In this document: positions 21,276 to 32,400 of the stretch, piece by piece
Numbering within the stretch: position 1 is the first letter of the stretch
Layout of the letters: each line of letters starts with the position of its first letter
NCBI GenBank assembly: GCA_031385045.1
Contig: JANNBC010000021.1
Location: 1-64,000, forward strand
Reading direction: 5' to 3'
DNA: 64,000 nucleotides
From: a bacterium
GTDB lineage: Bacteria; Bdellovibrionota_C; UBA2361; CALJRW01
The notes under the pieces: generated by a model
Seen by the model: the letters and a program-made list of their open reading frames with translations, nothing else
What the model was told of the DNA's origin: nothing
Database searches by the model: none
Translations under genes and position numbers: made by a program

Positions 21276-22712
21276 ATGAATCGAGCTATTATCCTTGTTA
21301 TTTTTTTATTTGCGGGCATTTTATTTTTGGCTCTAAATCAGTCTGGTGATAACTCTGGCTCGCAGAATAAGTTAACTAAATCAGATAGTTATCATAATCC
21401 CAAGAAGTTTACAAAGCTACTTACTCCTCAGGAGCTCTCCCATAAATCGCTTGAAGATCAAGCTGAGTATCAAAAAATGCTTGATTCTGATGCCGAGTTT
21501 AACCAGGCATTAACTAACTTACAGCAAGAGCTAATTACAGATTCGGGAGGTAATTCTGAAAAGAAAGGTGAATCTTTGGATTTAAGTAAGACTGAAGGCA
21601 CCCAAGATTTAAAACCATCATTTGTCTCTGATAAGTTACCTTCTAATACTCAACCCTCATATTTTGAGCTTACTCCAGCTGAGATTAAAGCACTAAACAA
21701 TAGTGGAACACCAAATTCCAATTTAGGCTTAATTGGTGGAATTCATAATCGCACAGCGGGTGCTGTGTCACCAGTTGCAAGCCCCAAAGACGAAGGACAA
21801 ACACCCGCGGAGGCCTTTCAAGGATTACCTCAAGTGACCGGTCAACCGCGTGGTTATTTAATGCTTTACTTAATGCATCCAGGGGCTAGAGCAACAGTCA
21901 ATGCTCAGGTTGAAGGATTAGTTGTCTCAGGTATTCGTAATTTATACTTATCTGTTTTAATCGATGGAACCTTTGGCAATGACTTTGAATTTTTAAAAAG
22001 TAATATCAAAAAACTCAGTGATCATTGCGATAGCCTGACTTTAGTTCTTTATTTAAGTAATGGTTCGACAATGCGTCGTTGGAATCTAACTGATATTGAA
22101 GCTGGTTTTAATAAAATTGAACCAAAAGTTTTTCGGGAATTAATTCAATCGGAAGATCGGGCAAAAAATGAGTTTCGGGCAATCGTTAGGGACGCGGAAT
22201 CAGTCTTTGCTTATAACTCAGGCCTAAGTCTTGATAATAAAAATATTGCCATTGTTATGTTAGAAGATAATTTACAAAAGCAATCCTATCTAGCAATGAG
22301 AAATTTAGCTAAGGATATTTTAGGAGATCGCGTGGAGTATATGCGAAATCCTTGTCCGGGTTGTTATCCCGGCAATGATATTGAGACCGATGGAGATGCT
22401 CTTGAAATTCATGATCCTGAAGGTGTGTTTGAAATGAATGCCGGAGAGGGGTTCACTAATGATGGTGTCGGCTATCGTTTTGCTTCAGAACCACAAGCGG
22501 CTGATCGTATTTTAATTGATGATTTAGAAGCCAGAATGCTAACGGCTGATTCTCGAGGTTCTAAGTATTTTGGATTATTTAGATCGGAACGACAAGGATA
22601 CACGTCTCCGCCAATTCATCCTGATAACCGGAGCTATGAAGTTCCTACTGTTAAACAATTGGTTACTGAGATTCGAATGTTACGTTCTGGTCTCGTCGAA
22701 GTTAAACAATAG
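21276..22712 (+). CDS. Hypothetical exported or membrane-anchored protein
   Basis: 478 aa ORF with N-terminal hydrophobic segment, low-complexity linker and globular C-terminus. Confidence 0.75.
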   Translation: MNRAIILVIFLFAGILFLALNQSGDNSGSQNKLTKSDSYHNPKKFTKLLTPQELSHKSLEDQAEYQKMLDSDAEFNQALTNLQQELITDSGGNSEKKGESLDLSKTEGTQDLKPSFVSDKLPSNTQPSYFELTPAEIKALNNSGTPNSNLGLIGGIHNRTAGAVSPVASPKDEGQTPAEAFQGLPQVTGQPRGYLMLYLMHPGARATVNAQVEGLVVSGIRNLYLSVLIDGTFGNDFEFLKSNIKKLSDHCDSLTLVLYLSNGSTMRRWNLTDIEAGFNKIEPKVFRELIQSEDRAKNEFRAIVRDAESVFAYNSGLSLDNKNIAIVMLEDNLQKQSYLAMRNLAKDILGDRVEYMRNPCPGCYPGNDIETDGDALEIHDPEGVFEMNAGEGFTNDGVGYRFASEPQAADRILIDDLEARMLTADSRGSKYFGLFRSERQGYTSPPIHPDNRSYEVPTVKQLVTEIRMLRSGLVEVKQ

Positions 22713-22715
22713 GCT

Positions 22716-23028
22716 TTAACCCGCATTATTCATCAGTGCACGTAGCGAGGGAAAGAAGTTTGGTTTCAGTTTGGACTAAAAAAGCACAGTGAGACCGAGG
22801 TCTCGCGCCTGCCTTGTCGTAGCCTTTGGCGAAGACAGGAGAATTTTTTCGTTCAAGCCACCTTCGCTTCGCTATGGCGATCTAAAAATGGAGCCAAAAT
22901 TCTTTTCCGCAGTAGTGCGATACCGATGACATACTGTAATTTTAAAAAACTTCAGAATCCCTCGTAAGTCATCGAGATTAGAAAGAAATTTTATTTCTTT
23001 CTAATCACTGATGAATTATGCGGGTTAA
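22716..23028. mobile_element. MITE-like non-coding element with 23-bp terminal inverted repeats
   Basis: ttaacccgcattattcatcagtg (22716-22738) vs cactgatgaattatgcgggttaa (23006-23028), 1 mismatch. Confidence 0.65.
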
Positions 23029-23070
23029 TACTATTGCCTTTTTAAGTAGCATCATCATAATCTTACAGGC

Positions 23071-24366
23071 ATGTCCGCAAATATTCCCGATCCTAATAAA
23101 ACCTTAAAGCAAATTTTTATTGCCACAATCTCTAATCGCGCTTTGCTGATCGCAACCTTAATGGGAATAGCTTCGGGACTGCCACTTTTACTAACCAAAA
23201 GTACTTTAAAAACTTGGCTTCGAGAAGACGGCATTGATTTAGAAAACATTGGTCTTCTGAGCTTAGCAGGCATTCCTTATACCTTAAAATTTCTTTGGGC
23301 GCCTTACTTAGATCATTTTAGTTTATCAATTTTAGGTCGTCGAACTAGTTGGTTAATTCTTAGCCAAGTAATGTTAGTTATCGCACTTTGTATTTTAAGT
23401 TTTCTACAACCCAGAGCAGACTTAAGTTTAATTGCCTTTGTTGCAATTTTCATTTGCTTTTTTAGTGCTACGCAAGATATTGCAGTGGATGCCTATCGAC
23501 GTGAAACACTAAGTGATCAAGAGCTAGGATTAGGTTCTTCTCTCTATGTCTATGGATACCGAATAGCTTTATGGATCGCTCGGGTTGTTCCACTAATTGT
23601 TGCGCAATCATATTCTTGGCAAGCTGCTTATTTAACAATGGCAGGACTGATGAGTCTTAATTTAATCACTACTTGGTTTGCCAAGGAGCCAATCATCGAA
23701 ATTGATCAACGCCCAGCAAACTTTGCCGATCATTTTATTTTTCCTCTAAAGGATTTCTTTATTCGCATTGGGGTTAAGCGGGCAGTTCTAACTTTAATGT
23801 TTATTCTTTTTTTCAAGCTCGGCGATAGCTATGCCAGCGTGATGACTTCCCCCTTTTATATTGATATTGGTTTTGAAAAATATGAAATTGCCTTGATTGA
23901 TGGAAGCTTTGGATTTTTTACGCAATTTTTAGGTCTACTGCTTGGAAGTATTTTAATTATTAGGTGGGGGATTACAAAATCTCTTTGGTATTTTGGAATC
24001 TTGCAAATGATTTCCACGGCAGGCTTTATTTTATTAAGCCAGCAGGGACATAACTTAACACTTTTCGCTTTAGTAATTAGTTTCGAAAATACTAGTGCTG
24101 GAATGGGGACTGCGGCCTTTTTAGCCTACATGGCTAGCCTTACTAACAAAGCTTATACTGCTACGCAGTATGCATTAATGACAAGTTTAATGGCGGTGCC
24201 ACTTAGTTTCTTATCAGGGACTAGTGGTTATTTAGCAAATTATGTTGGCTGGACTGGATTTTTTACAATTTGCACTCTTGCCGGTATTCCAGGCTTAATT
24301 CTACTTAGAATTATTATAAATCCAGACTTATTTAAGAGTATCTACTCAAAAAGAAAGAAAATTTAA
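23071..24366 (+). CDS. ampG: AmpG muropeptide MFS permease
   Basis: ASGLPLLL, KFLWAP, GRRTSW, SATQDIAVDAYR, ATQYAL. Confidence 0.93.
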   Translation: MSANIPDPNKTLKQIFIATISNRALLIATLMGIASGLPLLLTKSTLKTWLREDGIDLENIGLLSLAGIPYTLKFLWAPYLDHFSLSILGRRTSWLILSQVMLVIALCILSFLQPRADLSLIAFVAIFICFFSATQDIAVDAYRRETLSDQELGLGSSLYVYGYRIALWIARVVPLIVAQSYSWQAAYLTMAGLMSLNLITTWFAKEPIIEIDQRPANFADHFIFPLKDFFIRIGVKRAVLTLMFILFFKLGDSYASVMTSPFYIDIGFEKYEIALIDGSFGFFTQFLGLLLGSILIIRWGITKSLWYFGILQMISTAGFILLSQQGHNLTLFALVISFENTSAGMGTAAFLAYMASLTNKAYTATQYALMTSLMAVPLSFLSGTSGYLANYVGWTGFFTICTLAGIPGLILLRIIINPDLFKSIYSKRKKI

Positions 24367-24488
24367 TTTGTTAGTTAATTAAAAACTTTCTTTTGCAGAT
24401 CAAATTTTACTTTCGAAACTATTAGTTGCTTGTCTCTCAGTTGAGCACATAGTAGATTGTCTTAGTTCTATTTTATAATGTTTAATTT

Positions 24489-25844
24489 ATGCAACTTACT
24501 ACAAAACAACAGCAACGTTTAGATACATTTATGGATGGTCTTCGTAAAAGAAATCCAGGTGAGATTGAGTTCCACCAAGCTGTGCAAGAAGTAGTGACTA
24601 CCTTAATTCCCTTTGTCGAGAAAAATCCAAAATATGATGAAGCGTATATGTTGGAGCGGATGACAGAGCCTGATCGCACTGTAATTTTCCGAGTGCCATG
24701 GGAAGACGACCAAGGAAATATTCGCGTTAATCGAGGTTATCGGGTTCAGTTTAACAATGCTATTGGCCCTTACAAAGGGGGTCTGCGCTTTCATCCGTCA
24801 GTAAACCTAAGCATTTTAAAATTTCTAGGTTATGAACAAGTCTTTAAGAATAGCTTAACAACTCTACCAATGGGTGGAGCTAAGGGTGGTTCAGACTTTA
24901 ACCCTAAAGGCAAAACAGATCGTGAAGTAATGCGTTTTTGTCAGTCTTTTATGACAGAATTATCACGTTATGTAGGTAAAGATACCGATGTTCCAGCAGG
25001 GGATATCGGTGTTGGGATTCGTGAAATTGGTTATATGTATGGACAGCATAAACGTTTAACTAACCAGTTCACCGGAGTATTAACTGGCAAAGGCTTGGCC
25101 TTTGGCGGAAGTTTAATTAGAACTGAAGCTACTGGTTACGGAGCAGTATATTTTGCACTCAACATGTTAAATCATCAGGGTGATGGTTTAGTAGGAAAGT
25201 CAGTGGTTATTTCGGGCTCAGGAAACGTGGCACTTTATGCTGCTGAGCAAGCAATTATGCAAGGAGCTAAAGTTTTAACTTTGTCTGATTCTGATGGCTA
25301 TATTTTTGCTAAGAATGGACTCGATCGAGATCAGCTAAATTGGATTAATGATCTAAAAACAATTACTCGTGGCAGAATTAGTGAGGCAGCTGAGAAATTT
25401 AAATTAGAATTTCATGCTGATAAAAAACCTTGGGGCGTTCCTTGTGATATCGCTCTTCCTTGTGCTACGCAAAATGAAATCGATGGAAATGATGCTAAAT
25501 TACTTGTTAAAAATGGTTGCAAGGTTGTTAGTGAAGGGGCGAACATGCCATCTGATCTGGAAGCGATTAATGTTTTCTTAGAAGCAAAAATTTTATTTGC
25601 ACCTGGAAAAGCAGCTAATGCTGGTGGTGTTTCTGTTTCCGGTTTAGAGATGTCTCAAAATAGTTTGCGACTTAGTTGGTCACGAGAAGAGCTAGATCAA
25701 AAGCTTCAAGGAATTATGAAAAATATTCACGCTAAGTGTGTTGAATATGGGCAGGAAAAAACCTATGTAAACTATGTGCAAGGTGCCAATATCGCAGGCT
25801 TTGTAAAGGTTGCTGATGCCATGCTTCATTACGGGGTTAACTAG
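24489..25844 (+). CDS. gdhA: NADP-specific glutamate dehydrogenase
   Basis: GPYKGGLRFHP, GGAKGG, DVPAGDIG, EATGYG, KAANAGGV. Confidence 0.97.
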   Translation: MQLTTKQQQRLDTFMDGLRKRNPGEIEFHQAVQEVVTTLIPFVEKNPKYDEAYMLERMTEPDRTVIFRVPWEDDQGNIRVNRGYRVQFNNAIGPYKGGLRFHPSVNLSILKFLGYEQVFKNSLTTLPMGGAKGGSDFNPKGKTDREVMRFCQSFMTELSRYVGKDTDVPAGDIGVGIREIGYMYGQHKRLTNQFTGVLTGKGLAFGGSLIRTEATGYGAVYFALNMLNHQGDGLVGKSVVISGSGNVALYAAEQAIMQGAKVLTLSDSDGYIFAKNGLDRDQLNWINDLKTITRGRISEAAEKFKLEFHADKKPWGVPCDIALPCATQNEIDGNDAKLLVKNGCKVVSEGANMPSDLEAINVFLEAKILFAPGKAANAGGVSVSGLEMSQNSLRLSWSREELDQKLQGIMKNIHAKCVEYGQEKTYVNYVQGANIAGFVKVADAMLHYGVN

Positions 25845-25849
25845 CTAAT

Positions 25850-26070
25850 ATATACTCCTCGACATTGGGTTTTACCGAAACGGCTTGGTTAAAAGCTAAC
25901 CGCTTTTGCGATCATTTCGTCGAGGAGTATATTTGTCTTCCCCAGCTGAAGTGCTTATTTTATAAGCACTTCAGCCTTGGCGACCCCCAAGGGTCGCCTC
26001 AAACACTGTCGTGTTTGATATAGTCATATAAGTATGGTTTTTTGGTAAAAATCATACTTATATGACTATA
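25850..26070. repeat. Cluster of five closely packed inverted repeats
   Basis: Stems 25850-63/25919-32, 25945-58/25962-75, 25979-86/25991-98, 25999-26006/26011-18, 26019-42/26047-70. Confidence 0.8.
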
Positions 26071-26121
26071 TAACACTTTTATAGTGTGTTGCTAGCTACT
26101 TAGGTTATTTGAAGGCTTTTT

Positions 26122-26149
26122 TAAAGTTTTTTCATCTATAAGACGAAAT
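26122..26149 (+). promoter_or_regulatory. Sigma-28/FliA-like promoter
   Basis: TAAA(GTTT)-N16-GACGAAAT, 12 nt before the ATG. Confidence 0.4.
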
Positions 26150-26161
26150 CTATATCGTCTT

Positions 26162-29100
26162 ATGAAAAAAATAGTCCAGCTCCCGTTATTCTTAATACTT
26201 GTAATACTAATTAGTAATTTAGCTTTTGCTCTAGATGAAGTTGAATCTGGAAATACAACTGCCACAGCTCAATCAATTAGTTTAAGTAGTCCCCTAAAGA
26301 TCAAAGGGCAGATTAGTCCCGACGCCGATATCGATTATTATTCCTTTACGGCTCAGGCTGGGAATAAATTGTCTGCTGGAGTAATGATTAATGCCTCTAC
26401 TAGTATTTCTACCGATACAGAATTTAGATTATTAAAAAGTGATGGAACTACTGTTGTTGAAGCCGATGATGATAACGGAGTTCTAAGTAGCCTCTCTCCA
26501 AGTTTAGCAAGTGTTACTATTCCTACAACAGGGACATATTATTTAGAAATTAAAGACAAATCTGCCATCATCCAAGTTCGTCCCTACTATTTATATTTAG
26601 TGTTGCAAACAGCATCTGCCACAGCCGAGAATCCAGCATCAGAAGCCAATGTATTACCAGCCTCAAAATTTGTTTCTGGGAATTTATCTTCTTTGTCAGA
26701 TCAAGATTTTTATTCTGTTACTGTTAATGCCGGGGATACAATTTTTGCTTCTTTAGATTTAGATCCAGATCGCAATGGAACAAATTTTGAAGGCCAGTTG
26801 GTATTTGTTCACCCTGGTGCAACTAATGCAATTCCAGCTTATAATGATCCGGGGGAGGGTGATAGTTCAGCTGATTCTGAAGCAGGATTTATTACAGTTA
26901 AAAATGCCGGAACATTATTAGTTGGTTTAAATGTAGGTAGTGGTGGTACAACATTTGGTAATTATCAATTGCAAGTTGCCGTTTTTTCAGAAGAAGATCA
27001 GACAAACTGTCAAACATACACGGCGAGTGGCTTAAATCTTACGATCCCAGCTGGCCCTGGTTCACTTGATTCTATTTTAAATATCGCTGGCTCAGAGCGA
27101 ATTGCCAGTCTCGCCGTCAATTTAAATCTAAGCCATGCTAATATGCCGGATCTAGATTTATCTCTTATTTCTCCCAGTGGTAATGAAGTAGTTTTATTTA
27201 CTGATGTTGGTAGTAGTCTAGAAACTTCAATGGATCTGATCCTTAAAGATCAGGCAGCAATTCCAATCGGTAGTTTTTCATTTGTTGATAATTTAATTTT
27301 TCAGCCAGAAGGTGGAGAAAACAGTGGTCGACTTGCCTGGTTTAATGGCTTAGAACAAAGTGGAAACTGGACGCTTCGAATTCGCGACGATTTAGCTCCA
27401 AATAGCGGAACATTAAATTCCTGGAGCTTAACAGTATGTGCAGCGGTCCCAGTTAATGATTGTGGCGATGCCAAAGTAGAAGCTGAAATATTTTCAACTG
27501 ACTTTGAAACAAATAACAGTAGCTTTACTCATACGGGCACTGGGGATGAGTGGGAATATGGATTGCCATCATTTGCTCCAATTGCATCATGTTATTCTGG
27601 AAGCAATTGCTGGAAGACTGATTTAAATAATACTTATAATTCTTCTAGCTTACAAACTTTAAGTTCTCCAACAATAGATCTCAGTGCTTATCTTCCACCA
27701 TATACTGTTAATTGGGCCCATAAATATAATATGGAAGATGCTAAGTTTGATCAGTATTTGGTAGAAGTTGAAGATGATAATAATCCAGCAAGTGACTTAA
27801 CACTTTTTGAACATCTAGATGGTGATATGGTCTCTTCTGTTGGTAATCCAGCAATTGATATTAATCAAAGTGCAGGATGGGGGTTAATTTCAAAGGACAT
27901 TACTAGTCTTAATGCCACCGCAATTAATTTGAATTTTCAATTAGCTTCTGATTCTTCTAGTAACTATGCTGGGGTAGCAATTGATGATGTCGCTGTTTAT
28001 GGTTGCTTAAGCGATCTAGATAATGATGGTACTGCTGATATTAACGATGGCTGTCCTAACGATGGCGGAAAATCTGCTCCTGGGATTTGTGGTTGTGGAG
28101 TTTTAGATTCAGATACTGATAGTGATGGGACTTTTGATTGCAATGAAACTTGCGATAGCGATCCGTTAAAAGTTACTCCTGGAATTTGCGGTTGTGGAAC
28201 AGCAGACACTGATACTGATAGCGATGGAACGGCAAATTGTCTAGAGACTTGTGATAGCGATCCACTAAAGCTCGCTCCAGGAATTTGTGGTTGTGGCATT
28301 GCTGATAGTGATACAGACAGTGATGGTACAGCTGATTGTAATGAAACTTGTGACTCTGATCCATTAAAACTTTCACCAGGGGCTTGCGGTTGCGGGATTT
28401 TAGATACGGATACTGATAGTGATGGAACGGCTGATTGTAATGAAACCTGTGATGCTGATCCGCTAAAAGTTGCGCCTGGCACCTGTGGTTGTGGAACGGC
28501 GGACACAGATAGCGATAGTGACGGAACGCCTAATTGTAATGAGACATGTGATACTGATCCATTAAAACTTGCTCCAGGAGTATGTGGTTGCGGGACTGCT
28601 GATTCCGATTCTGATAGTGATGGAACTCTTGATTGCCAAGAAAGCTGTGATAATGATCCGCTTAAGCTTTTACCAGGAATTTGTGGTTGTGGAGTAGCAG
28701 ATAGTGCCCTTGATGATGACTCTGATGGAACACCAAACTGTATTGATAGTTGCGTAAATGATCCTTTAAAGACGGAAGTTGGATCTTGTGGTTGTGGTTT
28801 TGCTGAGACTGATACTGATTCCGATGGAACAGCCGATTGTGTAGATCAGTGTTCCAATGATGCCTTAAAGACTACTCCCGGAAGTTGTGGGTGTGGTACT
28901 TCTGATACGGACAGTGATAGCGATGGAACTCCAGATTGTATTGATCAATGTCAGCAAGATGTAGTAAAAATTGAACCAGGTATCTGTGGTTGTGGATTTG
29001 TCGATCAAGATCTAAATCTAAACGGGCTTACTGATTGTTTAGTAAATCCAGAACTAAAAGCTCAACTTATAAAGTTATCTAAGGCAGTTAAAAAATTAAA

Positions 29101-29350
29101 GACTGGTATTACTAACTTAAAAAAACTTAAGAAAATAAAACTAGCGGTTAAGACAGAACTAGCTAATACAATTAATTATGCCAATCAACATTCTAGCGAG
29201 TTTGGATTAGTAGCGGGAGCTAACTTTGCTAAGCTTGTTAAGGGGGTTAATAAGAAAGTTAAAAAGTCAGCTAAATTATTAGCAACTTTTAGCGTAGATA
29301 AAAAACAAGCCAATAAGGCGATTAAGTTATTAACTAAAAATCTTCTTTGA
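26162..29350 (+). CDS. Large secreted protein: PPC-like domains, proprotein convertase P-domain, MAM-like domain, ten TSP3-like GxCGCG repeats, Lys-rich C-terminal helical domain
   Basis: Signal peptide; DIDYYSF; DLDLSLISPSG...GNWTLRIRD...GTLNSWSL; 33-aa DxDxDG/CGCG repeats. Confidence 0.85.
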   Translation: MKKIVQLPLFLILVILISNLAFALDEVESGNTTATAQSISLSSPLKIKGQISPDADIDYYSFTAQAGNKLSAGVMINASTSISTDTEFRLLKSDGTTVVEADDDNGVLSSLSPSLASVTIPTTGTYYLEIKDKSAIIQVRPYYLYLVLQTASATAENPASEANVLPASKFVSGNLSSLSDQDFYSVTVNAGDTIFASLDLDPDRNGTNFEGQLVFVHPGATNAIPAYNDPGEGDSSADSEAGFITVKNAGTLLVGLNVGSGGTTFGNYQLQVAVFSEEDQTNCQTYTASGLNLTIPAGPGSLDSILNIAGSERIASLAVNLNLSHANMPDLDLSLISPSGNEVVLFTDVGSSLETSMDLILKDQAAIPIGSFSFVDNLIFQPEGGENSGRLAWFNGLEQSGNWTLRIRDDLAPNSGTLNSWSLTVCAAVPVNDCGDAKVEAEIFSTDFETNNSSFTHTGTGDEWEYGLPSFAPIASCYSGSNCWKTDLNNTYNSSSLQTLSSPTIDLSAYLPPYTVNWAHKYNMEDAKFDQYLVEVEDDNNPASDLTLFEHLDGDMVSSVGNPAIDINQSAGWGLISKDITSLNATAINLNFQLASDSSSNYAGVAIDDVAVYGCLSDLDNDGTADINDGCPNDGGKSAPGICGCGVLDSDTDSDGTFDCNETCDSDPLKVTPGICGCGTADTDTDSDGTANCLETCDSDPLKLAPGICGCGIADSDTDSDGTADCNETCDSDPLKLSPGACGCGILDTDTDSDGTADCNETCDADPLKVAPGTCGCGTADTDSDSDGTPNCNETCDTDPLKLAPGVCGCGTADSDSDSDGTLDCQESCDNDPLKLLPGICGCGVADSALDDDSDGTPNCIDSCVNDPLKTEVGSCGCGFAETDTDSDGTADCVDQCSNDALKTTPGSCGCGTSDTDSDSDGTPDCIDQCQQDVVKIEPGICGCGFVDQDLNLNGLTDCLVNPELKAQLIKLSKAVKKLKTGITNLKKLKKIKLAVKTELANTINYANQHSSEFGLVAGANFAKLVKGVNKKVKKSAKLLATFSVDKKQANKAIKLLTKNLL
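28082..29040 (+). repeat. Ten ~99-bp coding tandem repeats (GxCGCG..DTDSDGT.DC.ETCD.DPLK)
   Basis: Counted in the translation. Confidence 0.9.
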
Positions 29351-29380
29351 TCGGTATAGAGATAAATTGAAGGGTCAAGG

Positions 29381-29414
29381 TTTGGGTGTCAGTTAAAATT
29401 AACTGACACCCAAA
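29381..29414. terminator. Hairpin between convergent genes, likely bidirectional terminator
   Basis: tttgggtgtcagtt-aaaatt-aactgacacccaaa. Confidence 0.75.
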
Positions 29415-29423
29415 TTGTTTTAC

Positions 29424-32400
29424 CTAGTTACAAACACTTGTAGACTTTGGTAATCCAGCAGCTTCGGTTAAGCCTTCGCTACTATATTTTTTAGCAGTTT
29501 CATTTAGTCTAGTTCCAGACTTTTTCTTGCCAGTAACTTTACGAATTTTTTCTACCACTGAATTAACTAGTAGTTCTAATCTAGTTAAATTATTTGTTAC
29601 TGTAGTAATTAAGTCGGCATGACTAGCTGTAACACAAAATACACTAGAACAACTTTGAGTGCTCTGAGGTATTCCCCATGTTGCTGACCAACTTGCAAGG
29701 TATAGACTCTCAGCCTCAGCTCTAGTTGCTTTAATAAATGATTTGTATTTATTAGAGCTTGCTCTTCTAAGTTGACCTGTCGCCTGGATAACTAGCTTGT
29801 TTAAATCTGAAGCTGAACCATCCATGACAAACTGACCAGCCGTATTAAATGTTGTGGTACAAGTTATACAAGACAAGCCATCACCAGCACAAACATTACA
29901 ACGATCTAATTTCGCTGGTCCGCCATAAACACCTTTGCAGTCCTGAATTTGAGTTTGGCAAGTTAAGGTACAAGCACCAGTGTCACTGTTACTTTTTCCT
30001 AAGTCGCAAGCTTCACTTGGATCTAGAATACCGTTACCACATGTCTCCTCGACACAAGTTACGCTACAACCATCTCCAGTAGTAGTATTTCCATCGTCGC
30101 AAGCTTCACTTGGATCTAGAATACCATTGCCACAAACTTCTATTTGGCAAGTGGCACTACAACCATCTCCAGCAGATGTGTTGCTATCATCACAAGCTTC
30201 ATCTGTCTGAACAGTCCCATCGCCACAAGCTTCGCTAGTACAAGTAGCGCTACAGCCATCATTGTTTACGGTGTTACCATCATCACAAGCCTCACTTGCT
30301 TGAACAGTTCCATCGCCACAAGCTTCATTTTGGCAAGTTGAATTACAACCATCGTTGTTAGATGTGTTTCCATCATCACAAACTTCACTTGGGTCAATAA
30401 TCGAGTTGCCACAGACTTCCATTTGACAGAATTCACTGCAACCATCACCTTCAGTAACATTGCCATCATCACATTGCTCACTTGGATCTTTAACACCATT
30501 ACCGCAAGCCTCAGTTACACAAGTGCCACTGCAGCCATCGCCAGAAGTAGTGTTGCCATCATCACAAAGTTCACCAGAATCTACGACATTATTTCCGCAA
30601 ATTTCGACTTCGCAAGTTGAATTACAGCCATCACCGACAATTGTATTGCCGTCATCGCAACCTTCTGATTTTTGAACTACGGCATCACCACAAGATTCAA
30701 TCTCACATTTTGCATTACAGCCATCATTATCTAGAGTGTTAGAATCATCACAGTCTTCACCTAGATCGATAATGCCATTACCACAAATTTCATCTTGGCA
30801 AATATCATTACAGCCATCACCTTCAGTAGTATTAGCATCATCGCAAGCTTCTGCTGGATCTAAGGCTCCATTACCGCAGATTTCAATCTGACAGGTAGCA
30901 CTACAGCCATCACCAGCAGTGGTGTTTTTATCATCACAAGCTTCAGAAGATTGAATGATACCATCACCACAAGCTTCATCTAAACAAGTTGCAGAACAGC
31001 CATCATTATTAGTTAAATTACCATCATCACAAGCTTCACTTGTTTGTTTAATTCCATCACCGCAAGCTTCATTTTGGCAAGTTGAATTACAACCGTCATT
31101 ATTAGTTACGTTACCATCATCACAAACTTCAGTTGGGTCAATAACAGAGTTCCCACAAACTTCAAATTGGCAAAATCCACTACAACCATCACCTTTAGTT
31201 AAGTTGCCATCGTCACATTGCTCACTTGGATCCACAATGCCGTTTCCGCAAACTTCAGTTCGGCAGAAAGCAGAACAACCGTCACCACTAGTAGTGTTGC
31301 TATCGTCACAGTCTTCATTAAAGTCAATAACTCCGTTGCCACAAACTTCAATTAAGCAACTGGCGTTACAACCATCGCCTACTATTGTGTTTCCATCATC
31401 ACATTGTTCAAATGGATCAAGAGTTTTGTTTCCACAAGCTTCTGTCTGACAAGTTGCACTACAACCATCGGCAGCAACAATATTGCCGTCATCACATTGC
31501 TCACCAGAGTCAATAACTCCGTTGCCACAAATTTCTGTTTGGCAAGTTGCGTTACAGCCATCTCCTGCATTTAAATTGCCGTCATCACATCCTTCGCCAG
31601 AATCGACGACACCATTACCACAAGCTTCGAGAGCACAAGTTGCATTACAACCATCTCCGGGAGTAAGGTTACCATCGTCACAAGATTCCCCTGGATTAAG
31701 ATCACCATCTCCACACTCATAAATTGTAACTGAGCTAATATCTTGAGAGGTCGTTGAGCCAGCAGCTGCAATCGCTGTGTTAACCAAATCACCTGTGGCC
31801 GTATGTAAGAATTCTGTCTTAGCAGTTGCTCCAAATGCTAAATCATCGGCAAAGGTATCGCCATCTTCATCTGTAAGGCCAGTTAAGCCAGCAGTTAAAT
31901 TAACTCCTAATGTAGTGTCATTGAGTGTTAAGTTAAGTAAATCTGTGCCACCAGTATTAGAAATTACGAAACAGAATTTAACTTGAGTTCCGTTAGCGAC
32001 AGAAATTGATTCGCCATCATCAACTCCACAAGTGCCAGTGGCAGAAGTTACGGTTTTTTGTAAGTTGATACCTGGTGCTAAAGAAACATTGGAAAAATTA
32101 ATTGTTTTATCTGCAGAGGATGTTGCCATTCGGCTTTGAAAAACACCATTGATATAACTTGAGCTTTTTGAGACTGGAACTATTGCATCATTTGCCCCAG
32201 CTGGTAAGGCGTCACCTTCTTTAGTTAGGATTCCACCATAAAGTAAATAAGTGCTTAAGGCTGTGTTGATTTTTGTAAAGACGATTTCAACTCCTAGATA
32301 GTTAGCACTACAAGCACCAGCTCCAAGACTAGCAGCACTGACAGAATTAAATGTGCCATTAACTAATCCGAAAACTCCGTTTGTGTCGCTTAGTGCTGGA

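Noticed and set aside
27997..31986. CRISPR-like periodicity and antisense ORFs over the two repeat genes
   Set aside because: The 93- and 99-bp periods are in-frame coding repeats with no unique spacers; antisense ORFs are shadows of the repeats
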